A stretch of 64,000 nt of DNA from Hemiscyllium ocellatum (taxonomy: Eukaryota), in NCBI RefSeq assembly GCF_020745735.1, contig NC_083435.1:15933231-15997230 (forward strand), in the 5' to 3' direction. The stretch's first letter is position 1. Each line of letters starts with the position of its first letter. Shown one piece after another: positions 12,890 through 26,373 of this stretch. Under the pieces are notes generated by a model. The model did not search any database and had not been told where the DNA came from. It saw nothing but the letters and a program-made list of their open reading frames with translations. The position numbers and the translations under genes are program-made.

Positions 12890-13529
12890 TTGATGTAGGC
12901 CAGTCAGGTGGCCTGCTTTGTTCTGGATAGTGTCAAGCTACTGGGGTATTGTTGGAGCTGCACCCACTCAGGCAAGTGGGGTGGATTCCATCACACTCCT
13001 GGCTTGTGCCTTGCAAATGAGTGACAAGCTTTTGGGAGTCAGGAGGTGCATGACTTCACACAGTATTCTGAGCCTCTGACCTGATTTGAAAGCTACTGCA
13101 TTTATATGGTGCATTTATACGTTGCACCTTTGGTTAATTGTAATCCCTGAGCTGTTGTCAGCAGGGAATTCAATGAAGGCATTGTATGTCAATGGGCAGT
13201 GGCTGGATTGACTCTCATTGGAGAAGGTCATGACTTGGTATTTGTGTGGCACAAATTTGAATTCACACCTGTCAGCCTTAGCTTCAATATTGGTCAAAGT
13301 CTTGCTGCATTTGTACATGTGATGTTTCAGAATATGCAGAGTCATGAATGTTGATGAAGATTGCACAGTTATCCAGCATACAGACATCTGACTTTATTAC
13401 TGAAGGAAGGTCACATTCATGTTCGCGTTCATCATCCCCTGAGCCAGGTAACCAGTGGAACGTTTGTCTCCCTCCACCCCTGATTGCCACAGACTCCAGG
13501 GTTCCTTGATACCACACTTGATGAAATGT

Positions 13530-13639
13530 CATGATTTGGACACCCTGATGAAGAGCGGTGCTCCGAAAGCTAGTGTTTCCAATTAAACCTGTTGGACTGT
13601 AACCAATAGGTTATGTGTTGTGTGTTTTTTTAACCTTTA
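13530..13639 (+). mobile_element. Hammerhead-bearing mini-insertion, second sequence family
   Basis: Exact 12-bp TSD TTGATGAAATGT (13518-13529 and 13640-13651); CACC-CTGATGA-A-GAGC-GGT-GCTC-C-GAAA-GC-TA-GTG at 13541-13575; same terminus at about 15900-15980 and 34990-35045. Confidence 0.8.
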
Positions 13640-14175
13640 TTGATGAAATGTGGCTGTGATGTCAAGAACCTTCACACTCACCTCACCATGCCAGAATCAG
13701 ACAAACATCTGGTAACTTAGAGAACATGGCATCCGATGCAATTTCCCTTCCAATCCCTCATCACTCAGCCCCCATTAGTTCCTCGATGATTTGGTGTCCC
13801 CCCTGGAAAGACTCCCCTGAGCCCAGTCTGAGACCCACTGACTGATTCATCTCCAACACCGTCATGTAGCGCCACCTCCCGCCTGTGGAGCAACATTACA
13901 GGCAGGAAGGTCCCCGGGTTCCTGCAGCTCACAGCTCATTCTACCCAGTCAGTCCCTCTCTACAATTGAGCTTCTATTTGTTTCTTCTCTCCCCCTCCTT
14001 CTCTCCCCCAGCCCTACACAGCTCCTTGCTGATCTTTCAGTTCCCAGTTCCGATACAGGGTTTATTCCTGGAATCTTAACCTGGCTTCTCTCTCCACCTG
14101 TGACTGAGATCCGCCCCCATCAGTTTACAGCTGGCAGGAGGCAGGGGGACGGGGTGACATTATGGGATGGATCTA

Positions 14176-14615
<440 letters not shown>

Positions 14616-14942
14616 TCAGAGAGAGGGGAGCAGGGGGTGAGGGCTGAGCGATGAAGAGAGTGGGATGAGTGTGGAGCCGAGATAAGGTGAGTCTGAAAAG
14701 GGGGAGTTTGGAGGAGGGGAGGGTCAGAGAAAGGGGAGTGAATGAGGGAGAGTGCAGTGAGTGATGAGAGTGGAGGAATGAGGAGGAAGGATGTGTAATC
14801 CGGATGGATGGGGAGGTAGCAATGGTTAGAGAGAGAGAGAGGAAGGAGATTGAAAGGTGGTATGAGAGAGAGGGGTGTGGAGAATGAAGGCGAGCCCAGA
14901 GTGGGTGGGGAATGGGAGGGTTGAGCCCAAATAAATCAATTC

Positions 14943-15604
14943 ACTCACTCTCCCCGCTCCCACCCAGCTCCTCACTCTTCCCGCTCCCACCACCCAGCTC
15001 CTCACTCTCCCCGCTCCCCACCCAGCTCCTCACTCTCCCCGCTCCCACCACCCAGCTCCTCACTCTCCCCGCTCCCACCCAGCTCCTCACTCTCCCCGCT
15101 CCCCACCCAGCTCCTCACTCTCCCCGCTCCCACCACCCAGCTCCTCACACTCCCCGCTCCCCACCCAGCTCCTCACTCTCCCCGCTCCCACCCAGCTCCT
15201 CACTCTCCCCGCTCCCCACCCAGCTCCTCACTCTCCCCGCTCCCACCCAGCTCCTCACTCTCCCCGCTCCCACCCAGCTCCTCACTCTCCCCGCTCCCCA
15301 CCCAGCTCCTCACTCTCCCCGCTCCCACCACCCAGCTCCTCACACTCCCCGCTCCCCACCCAGCTCCTCACTCTCCCCGCTCCCACCCAGCTCCTCACTC
15401 TCCCCGCTCCCACCCAGCTCCTCACTCTCCCCGCTCCCCACCCAGCTCCTCACTCTCCCCGCTCCCACCCAGCTCCTCACTCTCCCCGCTCCCCACCCAG
15501 CTCCTCACTCTCCCCGCTCCCCACCCAGCTCCTCACTCTCCCCGCTCCCACCCAGCTCCTCACTCTCCCCGCTCCCACCCAACTCCTCACTCTCCCCGCT
15601 CCCG
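14943..15604. repeat. Minisatellite, 27-30 bp unit CTCACTCTCCCCGCTCCC(C/ACC)ACCCAGCTC, about 23-24 copies
   Basis: Directly visible tandem array; explains spurious ORF 14912..15682. Confidence 0.95.
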
Positions 15605-15699
15605 CTGCTGCTGCAAAATCAGTCTGTCTCCCGGTTGGAATACAGACACACTCTCACCTCACACCTTTCAGGCATTGTCTGAACTGAAATGCTGCTTTT

Positions 15700-15982
15700 T
15701 AAAATAAAACTTAAAAGTTATCTCGCAACTGTGACTTGAATCAATTTTTCGGATTTGCATATTAATCGACCGAAACCTGCAACCCATTTGAAGTGATTAA
15801 AGAGTTAACAGAAATCTCGGTTTGTTCATTACATCGCAACATTTGTGTGAGATTTTCTTTTACAAAAAAATTGTGTCCTGTGATCCTGCCCCACTCGCTC
15901 CCTGCCGAAGGAGCAGCGAAAGCTTGTCCTTCCAGATAAACCTGTTGGGACTACACCCTGGTGTTGTGTGATTGTTACCTTG
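15700..15982 (+). mobile_element. Decayed PLE 3' end with degenerate hammerhead
   Basis: Similar to 34800-35045 and 13541-13639 (ctgccgaaggagcagcgaaagcttg...taaacctgttgg...ggtgttgtgtga). Confidence 0.7.
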
Positions 15983-16496
15983 GTAATTCTTTGTGTCGTG
16001 AAAGACGATACTTAAACGCAAGAGTCTTACAGACCGGATCCCGGACAGACTGCCTCAGTAACTGTCATCTCACTATCTCGATATCTAATACTTTGTGTTT
16101 GAAGGTGAGCGGGTGCAGTCACTCACACAACCCAGCTCAGTGATCTGGATCTTACACCGGGTTGCTCCAGACCGGGTTTATGAGCTCAGTCTGCAGCAAA
16201 ATTCAGGGAAAACTCGCTCCCCGTCCATCTCCATCCCCGCCCCCTCTCTGTCTCTCTCTGCCCCTCCCCAAGGGACAGCATTCTGTGGGTCTTCACCCTC
16301 CCGTCCAGGGTTCAAGTTCAAATCCCCTGCTCAAGTTGTGTTTCTTCTTCAATATATGCACGTTTGAATATATGGAGGATCAAGTGTAAAGTAACCATTG
16401 TTTGTACTGAAATTCATCGGGAAATCGATCAACTGAACGTGTTTACCTGCGCAGGAACCTGAGAGCGGTTTAAATCAGGAAGCGCTAAGGTTAATT

Positions 16497-19158
16497 ATGG
16501 CTTCCAGTCGGAAACTTCTCAGACTGACCGAGAGACAGTTTGTTCCACTGTCACTGGTTTCACTGGATTGTGGACACAACTTCTGCCGCTCCTGTATCAC
16601 CCAGAGTTGGGAAAAGAAGGAGATAAACTCCTGCCCGGAATGTAGAGAGGAGTTTCCGGAAAGAAACCTCAGGGTAAATCGGGCCTTAGCGAATCTGGCC
16701 GAGGAGGCTCGAAAATTAAAGCTGGATCCGACAGAGAAGGAAAGTAAACCTCACTGTGAGGAACCTCAGAGAGAACTGGAGCTGTTTTGTGAAACTGACA
16801 GGAAATTGATCTGTCTGATTTGTAGAGATTCCCGGGAACACAAAACTCACAACTTCCTGCCGAGAAATGAGGCTGTTGAAATCCACAAGGTAAAAGAGAA
16901 AATATAATCTGCGCGTTTCATCACATATCGAACACCTGGCCCAATACATCTAACTCTCCAATTTCTCTCCCCATTCTGGAATAAGCTGAAATCTTCTTTA
17001 GATTCTCTCACAAAGAAGAAATCGGCGGCTCTACAAACGGAACTGACCCAGAAACGGAAGATTTCCGAAGTGAGGGTGAGCTCTCCCTGTGCTGATTTTC
17101 TGGGATCTCGGTTAGTTTTGGTCCCTTTACCGCGGGACATTAATGAGGTTTCACATTTCATTTGGTAGGAACAGGCGAGCAGTCTGCAGACCCACATCAC
17201 ATCCGAGTTCACTAAAATGCACCAGATTCTCACTGAGAAAGAGCAGCGTTTACTCAGAGATCTCAGGGAAGAAGAGGAGAGGATTGTAGAACCAATGGAG
17301 AAAAACCCTCGAGAGATTCACGAGAATTTAAATTCTATTGAGCAAAAACTCTCAAAGTTGCCGAGTCAGATGGAGCAGAAAGATGAGCTGATATTTCTGA
17401 AGGTGAGGGATTATACTCCGGGTAAGGTAATGGAAATTTCACCCAGTTACAAAAAAGTATTAATTATTTTATTACTAAAGAAATTTACAAGAAAATATAG
17501 AATTCAATCAATCTGTGACTGGACTATTGCGATGCTGTCACTGAATTAAACTCATTTACACTGTTTGCTGCATTACTCCTGGGAATGGGTGGTGATCTGG
17601 ACAGTTGCTTAGTTATTATCTCTGTGCTCCGTGTTCCCCAAGTTTAATTATCTCTTGGAATTTCCACTGTAATCCAGTTCCAGTTCCATGTGGACAGTGT
17701 ACGGGTGTGTTTGGTACAGTGGGAGAGTGAGAGTCACTGTGTCTGTGAGCGGGACTGATGGTCAGTTCCAGTTTATTTTACCCTCTCCTCAATCTTCCTT
17801 CCAAAATGTATCACGTTACACTTCCGTGTTATGTCTGCTCATTTCAGCAGCCTGTCTGTCTCCTCCTGAAGTCTGTTACTGCCATCCTCACTGTTTGTGA
17901 TTCATTTCTTTCAGGAGGCAGCTTGTCGGAAGAGAAGGTAGGACATGCTCTTTAATGAAACTCTGCCCAGTTTGCTCAGTAACTCAGGGATGGGTTATTA
18001 TGGGGTTATTTCCTGGTTATTGTCACCGCTTTAAAAAGTTGTTTATTGGGCGACAATAACTCCAGTTATGGTTCACGCACAAGCGTTTTTCTAAAAAAAG
18101 TTTGTTACAGATTTTAAACCTTATTAGATTTTATAAAACTATTCTGCAGTATTGTAAACAATGACAAGATGCCTGTAAATGATGTGAACTGGTTCTCGGG
18201 CTGGAAGTGATCACTGTCCTGATTTGGGCTGTTTGTGTCACCCTGACCTTCCTTCTGACCGTGAGAGAGACCATTGGCTCACGTTTCTAGTGAATGGCCA
18301 TTCCTGTCCCTGCACGACTCCTGACCAACCCCTGACAGTCAGAAGGGAGAGCTTAAAATACATTTTGTTATCGCCTTCATAGAGTACAAACTTGCTGTTT
18401 AACATTTTGACTGCAATACTTTTCTGTGTTTAAAGAGCACCTCGAACGTCTCAGAGCTGTTTCATAATGACACCGATATATGAATCCAGATGATTGGTGC
18501 AGGATTTAGTGCATCTTAAAGGAGGAAAGAGGAATAGAGAAATGGAGAGGCTCTGGGAGGCAATTCCAGAGCTGAGGGTCTTGGCAGTTGAAGATCCAAC
18601 CTCCAATGGGGGGAGAGACAAATCAGAGATGGTCAAGAGGCCAGAAGTAGAGGAGCAGGATTCTCAGAGGGTTGTGAGACCCATATATTACACAGTTGGA
18701 CAGGAGGCATTTAGTTGTTGAAGTTTTTTGTGTCTGTTCCACAAGCTCTGTTTATAATACGACAAGGGGATGGGGAAAATGTGTACCATCTCCTGAGGTG
18801 TGTGATGTCTCCGTAACTAATCTGTTATCGGGACACGGGCCTTTCTCTGGACCTGGTGTTTTCCTAACCTTTCCCTTGCATTATCAAATTCTTGTTCGAT
18901 CAGTTACAAAAATAAGATGGATATTTCACTTTCTAGCCCATTCACTCAAACGTGAACAATGCTGAAAGCTTGAATATTTAAATTATTCCATAAATACTCT
19001 GACAAAGCAGCATTTCTAATGTCACCTGTTTAATGTTTACAGGATTAGTGATGAGGTGAAGACACTCTCAGCTGCTGATGGCTCTCTGTCTTTCACACAG
19101 TTCACTGGCCCTTTACAGTACACAGTCTGGAGAGAAATGATACACACCATTCATCAAG
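16497..19158 (+). pseudogene. TRIM gene copy A (RING-Bbox-coiled coil; TRIM39/A33-like), zinc fingers damaged; exons 16497-16889, 16980-17075, 17169-17402, 17915-17937, 19043-19158
   Basis: Exon-by-exon homology to copy B with GT donors; net 18-nt loss removes the first RING CxxC; B-box CEEH changed to CEEP; exon-2 acceptor reads TGG, not AG; no + strand B30.2 exon seen before copy B. Confidence 0.88.
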
Positions 19159-19232
19159 GTAAACATGTGTATTCATTTTCCTGTGATAAATCCAGTTGTG
19201 CAGGGGTTCCAAGGCATCTTCAAATTGATAGT

Positions 19233-20525
19233 TATAGAATCAAAGAGATGTAGAGCACGGAAACAAGACCCTTCGGTCCAGCTAGTCCACGTCGACCAGG
19301 TTATGCTAATATAATCCCATCCCATTTTCCAGCAATTGGCCCCTATCCCTCTAAACCCTTCCTATTCAAATATCCTTCCAGAAGCCTTTTAAATGATGTA
19401 ATTGTACAATCATCCATCACTTCCTCGGTCAGCTCATTCCACACGCACTACCCTCTGCGTGAAAATGTTGCCTCTTGGGTCCCTTTTATGTCTATCCCCT
19501 CTCATCCTAAACCTATGTCGTCTAGTTCTGGACTCCTCATGCTCGCGGAAAGACCTTGTATATTTATCCTATCCATGCACTTCACGATTTTATAAACCTT
19601 TATAAATTCACTTCTCAGCCTTCAGTGCTTCAGGGAAAATAACCGCAGGCTATTTAGCATCTCCCTGCAGCTCAAAACCTCCATCCCTGGTAACATCCTT
19701 GTAAATCTTTTCTGAACCCTTTCATGTTTTACAACATCCTTCCAACAGGAAGGAGGCCAGAATTGCACGCAATATTCCAAAAGTGACCTAAACAATGTCC
19801 TGCACAGCTATAATATGACCTTTGAACTCCTAAACTCAGTACTCTGTCCAATAAAGGAAAGCGAACCAAATGCTTTCTTCAGTATCCTATCTAAATGCAA
19901 GTCTACTTTCAAGGAATTTTAAACTTGCATTCCAAGGTCTCTTTGTTCAGCAATATTCCCGAGGACCTTACCATTAAGAGTAAAAGTGCTGCACTAATTT
20001 GTTTTACGTAAATGCATCACCTCACATTTCTCTAACTTAAACTCCGTCTGCCACCCCTCAGCCATTGGCCCATCTGATCAAGATCCTGTTGTACTCTGAG
20101 GTAACCTTTTTCACTGTCCACTACACCTCCAATTTTGGTTTCATCTGCAAACTTACTAACTCTACCTCCAATGTTCACATCCAAATCATTTATATAAATG
20201 ATGAAAAGTAGTGGATCAAGCACAGATATTTGTGGCAAACCACTTGACACAGGCCTCCAGTCTGAAAAACAAGCCCCTACTGCCACCCTCTGTCTTCCAC
20301 CTTCGAGCCAGTTCTGTATCAAATGGGTTGTTCTCCCTGTATTCCATGAGATCTAACTTTGCTAATCAGTCTCCATGGTGAACCTTGTTGCATGCCTCAG
20401 TGAAGTCCATATAGATCATGTCCACCACTCTGCCTTCATTAATCCTCTTTGTTACTTCTTCAATAAACTCAATCAAGTTCGTGAGACATGATTTGCCATG
20501 CACAAAGCCTTGCTGACTATCCCTG
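19233..20525 (-). mobile_element. CR1 LINE, 5'-truncated and decayed
   Basis: GFVHGKSCLTNLIEF, IQNWLEGGRQRV, SKFADETKIGG motifs. Confidence 0.9.
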
Positions 20526-20789
20526 TTCTTAATTCCAAGAGACTCTCCCTGAAACATTACACTTTCTGTGGTTCATTTAGATCAGTGTCTGGAGCCATCA
20601 GCTCTGTGTGTCAGAGCAGTGAAGGGTTCTGTCTAACCAGAGGAATACAGCATGGAACCAGGAATTCTAGAGGAGACTGGGCTGGCTCCATCTGGAGTGA
20701 CATTGGAGGAACAGTTTTTATCACAATATCAGGAAGACATGTAGACATTAAACAGCCAGTGTTAACAGGCACATGTCTAATGGGGATTG

Positions 20790-22385
20790 CATGAGAAACA
20801 AAAATAGAAATTGCTTAAAAAGCAGAGATGTTGGCCAGAGAACAGGGCAGCATGTTAAAGTGGCAGAACCTAGATATTCTGGAAAGTGGTCACCCAGTGT
20901 ATGCTTCGTGCCCAGTGTAGAGGAGACCACATTGCGAACAGTGAATGAACTAGACTAGACTATGTGAAGTGCAAGTAAAGTGCTGCTTCACCTGGGTGGT
21001 GTGTTGGGCCTTGAATATCGAGGAGAGAGCAGGTAAATTGGCAGGTTTTGTACCATCGGTAGGGAATGGGCTAAGGACTGTACGGTAAGTGGGAATAGAG
21101 CCCAAAGACAGAGAAGAGCAGTTGGACAGACAAAAGAATTGATAATAATCTGGCTCAGAGGGTGAGTAGCTCTAAATGGTGATGGTTTTTGTCTAACAAT
21201 GAGTTGTGTGTAATAACAAAATGAAGCCTGATCTGTTGGGGGTTAAGGTAAGAACATGAGAGCACTCAGACCTTAAAATAATTGAACTTGATATTGAATC
21301 TGGAAGTGGAAAATGACATGTTGTTCTTTCAGTTTGCGCTGAGCTTTGCTGAAGCACTGCAGCAAGCCGAGACCGAGATGTTGGCCAGGCAACAGGGTGA
21401 AGTGTTAAAGTGGCAGGCAACTGGAAGCTCAGGGTCTTTTTTACAGGCAGAATGCAAGTGTTCAGCAATGTGGTCACCCACTCTATGCTTTATTTCCCTA
21501 ATGTCGAGGAGGCCACATTGTGAGCAGTGATTGCAGTAGTGATTTTCCCGACTCAGGCGACTGACTGTGTGGAGTTTGCATGTTCTCCCCGTGTCTGCGT
21601 GGGTTTCCTCCGGGTGCTCTGGTTTCCTCCCACAGTCACAAAGATGTGCGGGTCAGGTGAATTGGCCATGCTAAATTGCCCGTAGTGTTAGGTAGGGGTA
21701 AATGTAGGGGTATGGGTGGGTTGCGCTTCGGCGGGTCGGTGTGGACTTGTTGGGCCGAAGAGCCTGTTTCCACGCTGTAAGTCTAATCTAATCTAATCTA
21801 GATTAGATCATTTGAAGTGCAGATAAAGCTCTTGAATATTGAGGAGGGAGGAAGGAAATGGACAGGTCTTCCACTTTCTGCAGTGGCAGCGGAAGGTGCG
21901 ATGAGGCTATTGAGGGCTGTTAGGAGTGAGGGAAGAGTAGATCCGGATGTCCTGGAGGGAACAATCCCTGTGGAAGGCGGACAAGGGAGAGGAGAGGAAT
22001 ATGTGTCTGATGGTAGCATTGTGGCTAATGATCTTCCAGATGTGGATGCTGGTGGGTTTGTAAGTAAGGACAAGGGGAATCTTATCACTGTTGCAGGAGG
22101 AAAAGAGGGAGTGAGGGCTGAAATGCCAGAGGTGGGTTGGACTCACTTGAGCGCCCTGTCAGCAACAGTGCTGGGGAATCCATAGTTCAGGAAGGTGGAT
22201 ATTTCAGAGGCTCCCTTGTTGAAGTTAGCACCATCGGAACAAATGCAATGGAGATGGATTAACCAGGAGAATGAAATGAAATCTTTACAGAAAGCGGGGT
22301 GCAAGGATGTACAGTCTAGGTGACTGTGGGAGTTGGTGCATTTATTATGGATATTGGTGGCCAGTCTATCTCCAGAAATAGACAA
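20790..22385 (-). mobile_element. Stack of decayed Neptune-type PLE fragments
   Basis: SISGDRLATNIHNKCTNSHSHLDCTS, DKIPLVLTYKPTS and GIY-YIG-end remnants homologous to ORF 26374. Confidence 0.8.
21544..21800 (+). mobile_element. HE1-type SINE, 5'-truncated
   Basis: Core TGTGTGGAGTTTGCATGTTCTCCCCGTGTCTGCGTGGG and (TCTAA)n tail. Confidence 0.9.
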
Positions 22386-25300
22386 TAGACATTAAGTGCA
22401 GGAGTAGGCCATTCAGCCCTTCAAGCCTGCACCGCCATTCAATATGATCATGGCTGATCATTCCTAATTAGTATCCTCTTCCTGCCTTATCTCCATAACC
22501 CTTGATTCCACTATCCTTGAGAGCTCTATCTAACTCTTTCTTAAATGGATACAGAGACTGGGCCTCCACTGCCCTCTGGGGCAGAGCATTCCACACAGCC
22601 ACCACTCTCTGGGTGAAGAAGTTTCTCCTCATCTCTGTCCTAAATGGTCTACCCCAAATTTTTAAGCTGTGTCCTCTGGTTCGGCACTCACCCATCAGCG
22701 GAAACATGTTTCCTGCTGCCAGAGTGTCCAATCCTTTCATTATCTTATATGTCTCAATCAGATCCCCTCTCAGTCTTCTAAACTCAAGGGTATACAAGCC
22801 CAGACGCTTCAGTCTTTCAGTGTAAGTTAATCCCTCCATTCCAGGAATTGACCTCGTGAACCTACGCTGCACTCTCTCAATAGCCAGAATGTCTTTCCTC
22901 AAATTTGGAGACCAGAACTGCACACAGTACTCCAGGTATGGTCTCACCAGGGTCCTGTACAGCTGCAGAAGCACCTGTTTACTTCTATACTCAATTCCTC
23001 TTGTTATGAAGGCCAGCATGCTATTAGCCTTCTTCACTACCTGCTGTACCTGCATGCTTGCCTTCATTGACTGGTGTACAAGAACACCCAGATCTCTCTG
23101 TACTGCCCCTTTACCTAAATTGATTCCATTGAGGTAGTAATCTGCCTTCCTGTTCTTGCCACCACAGTGGATAACCATCCATTTATCCACATTAAACTGC
23201 ATCTGCCATGCATCTGCCCACTCACCTAACTTGTCCAGGTCACCCTGTAATCTCCTAACATCCTCATCACATTTCACCCTGCCACCCAGCTTTGTATCAT
23301 CAGCAAATTTGCTAATGTTATTGCTGATACCATCTTCTATATCACTAACATATATTGTAAAAAGCTGCCGTCCCAGCACGGATCCCTACGGTACCCCACT
23401 GGTCACTGCCTGCCATTCCGAAATGGAGCCACTTATCACTACTCTTTGTTTCCTGTCAGCCAACCAATTTTCAATCCAATCTAGTACTTTGCCCCCAATA
23501 CCATGCGCCCTAATTTTACTTACTAACCTCCTGTGTGGGACTTTATCAAAAGCTTTCTGAAAGTCCAGGTACACTACATCTACTGGATCTCCCTCATCCA
23601 TCCTCAGAGTTACATCCTCAAAAAATTCAAGAAGATTATTCAAGCATGATTTCCCCTTCATAAATCCATGCTGACTCTGTCCTATCCTGTTACTGCTATC
23701 CAGATGTGCCATAATTTCATCCTTTATAATAGACTCCAGCATCTTTCCCACCACTGAGGTCAGACTAACTGGTCTATAATTTCCTGCTTTCTCTCTCCCA
23801 CCTTTCTTAAAAAGTGGTATAACATTAGCCATCCTCCAATCCTCAGGAACCGACCCCGAATCTATTGAACTCTGGAAAATAATCACCAACACATCTACGA
23901 TTTCCCGAGCCACCTCCTTCAGTACCCTGGGATGTAGACCATCAGGCCCCGGAGACTTATCAACCTTCAGACCTAACAGTCCCTCCAACACCAAATCCTG
24001 GCAAATATAGATTCCCTTAAGTTCAGGTCTTTCAGCCACTGTTACCTCAGGGAGATTGCTTGTGTCTTCCCCAGTGAACACAGATCTGAAGTACCCATTT
24101 AATTCTTCTGCCATTTCTTTGTTCTCCATAATATATTCCCCTGTTTCTGTCTTCAAGGGCCCAATTTTAGTCCTAATCATTTTTTTGCCTTGCACATACT
24201 TGAAAAAGCTTTTACTATCCTCCTTTATATTATTGGCCAGTTTACCTTCGTACATCATTTTTCCTCTGCGTATTTCCTTCTTAGTAATCCTCTGTTGTTC
24301 TTTAAAAGCTTCCCAGTCCTCTGTTTTCCCATTTATCTTTGCTGTGTTATACTTTTTCTCTTTAAACTTTATATGTTTCTTAACTTCTCTCGTCGGCCAT
24401 GGCTGCCCATGCCTCCTCCTCAGATCTTTCTTCCTTTTAGGAATGAACTGATCCTGCAACTTCTGCATTATACGCAGAAATATCCACCATTGTTCCTCCA
24501 CGGTCATCCCTACTAAGGTATTGCACCATTGAACTTTGGCCAGCTCCTCCCTCATAGCTCCATAGTTCCCTTTATTCAACAGAAGTACTGTCACTTCCGA
24601 CTGTACCGTCTCCCTCTCAAATTGCAGATTGAAGCTTAATGTATTATGGTCACTACTTCCCAATAGCTCCTTCACTTCGAGGTCTCTAACCAATTCTGGT
24701 TCGTTACACAATACTAGATCCAGAATTGCCTTCTCCCTGGTCGGCTCCAGCACCAGATGCTCTAAGAATCCATCTCTGAGGCACTCCACAAAGTCTCTTT
24801 CTTGAGGTCCATTACCATCCTGATTCTCCCAGTCTACCTGCATGTTAAAATCCCCCATAACAACTGTAGTAACATCTTTGCGACAGGCCAATTTCAGCTC
24901 CTGATTCAACTTACATCCGACATCCAGACTACTGTTTGGGGGCCTGTAGATGACTCCCAAGAGGGTCTTTTTACCCTTAGTATTTCGCAGTTCTAACCAC
25001 ACTGACTCTACATCCCCTCACTCTAGGTCCCCCCGTGCAAGGGACTGAATATCCTCCCATACCAACAAGGCCACCCCACCCCCTCTGCCCGTCAGTCTGT
25101 CCTTACGATAGCTCGTGTAGTCTTGAATTTTCATTTCCCAGGCCCTGTCCACTTGAAGCCACGTCTCAGTTATCCCCACAATGTCATATCTGCCAATTTC
25201 CAAAATAGCCTCAAGCTCATCCATCTTATGTCTAATGCTTCATGCGTTCATATACAGTATATTTAATTTGTTACTGCTCTCACCCTTCCCATCAACCCTT

Positions 25301-26373
25301 ATTTGACTCAACCTTACAGCATGATGCCTTTCCGAGTTTTCTGCCTCATTGATACAGTTGTCTTCCTTGACTTCTCTTGTTCTAACTTTCCCTTTAATTT
25401 CCTTTTTAAACATCCAAACATCCCCCCCCCCGCTACTTAGTTTAAATGTAGCGGTGTTGCAGTAGAAAACCTGCCTGCCAGAATGCTGGTCCCTAATCTA
25501 TTAAGGTGCAAACCATCTCTCTTGTAGAATTTATGCTTACCACAAAATATACCCCAGTGATTCAAGAACTTAAATCCTTGCTTCCTGCACCAGTTCCCCA
25601 ACCACATGTTCAAGTCCATTATCTCCCTGTTTCTGGCCACACCAGCCCGAGCAACTGGAGGCAAACTGGAGATAACCACCTTGGACATCCTGCTTTTCAG
25701 CATTCTTCCTAGTTCTTCGAAGTTCTGCTGTAGTATGTTCCTCCTCTTCTTCCCAACATCATTTGTGCCGACATGTACCACCACCTCTGGCTCTTCACCC
25801 TCGTTCTTGAGGATTTCCTGTATTCTGTCCGTGATGTTTTTCACCCTGGCACCAGGAAGGCATCAGACCATCCTTAAATCCCATCTGCTGCCACAAAAAC
25901 CCCGGTCAGTTCCTCTCATGATGGAGTCCCCTATTACCACGGCTCTGTGCGATGTCCAACTCTTCCAGTCTGCCTCTGCGCCAACTTTTGATTGACAGAC
26001 CTGGCTGCCTCGCAGACTGGCATCATCATCATCAGTCTCTATTGTTTCCAAAAGCTTCAACTTGTTCCTGACAGGTACTGCACCTGTCTCCTCTCTGCCT
26101 TCCTCATCGTCTGCTCTCTTCTGCTCTCTTCTGGCATGATTGGTGTGATAACCTCGCTGAAGGTCCTGTCCAGAAAGATCTCATTCTCTTGGATGAGCCT
26201 AAGGTCCTCGAGTTCTTTCATCAGTGCTGCAATATGCTCGGTCAATAGCTGAATGTGCACACACTTTCCACACAGATGTGAGCCAGACACACCAGAGTCA
26301 TTGACCTCCCACATCAAGCACGTAGCGCACTGAACCAGCTGGGCAGTCATTCCTCCAAACTAAAGGAGTTGTC

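Larger units (their letters stand above)
12235..13690 (-). mobile_element. Decayed CR1/L2-group LINE RT and 3' end, with nested SINE and mini-element
   Basis: - strand FHQVWYQG, QMQQDFDQ, ADRCEFKFVPHKYQVMTFSN are decayed RT domain and thumb motifs. Confidence 0.7.

Noticed and set aside
14943-15604. CRISPR-like array
   Set aside because: Units are contiguous with no unique spacers, and the context is eukaryotic
14912-15682. 256-aa Pro/Ser-rich ORF
   Set aside because: Translation of a stop-free minisatellite; unit lengths of 27, 28 and 30 bp shuffle frames
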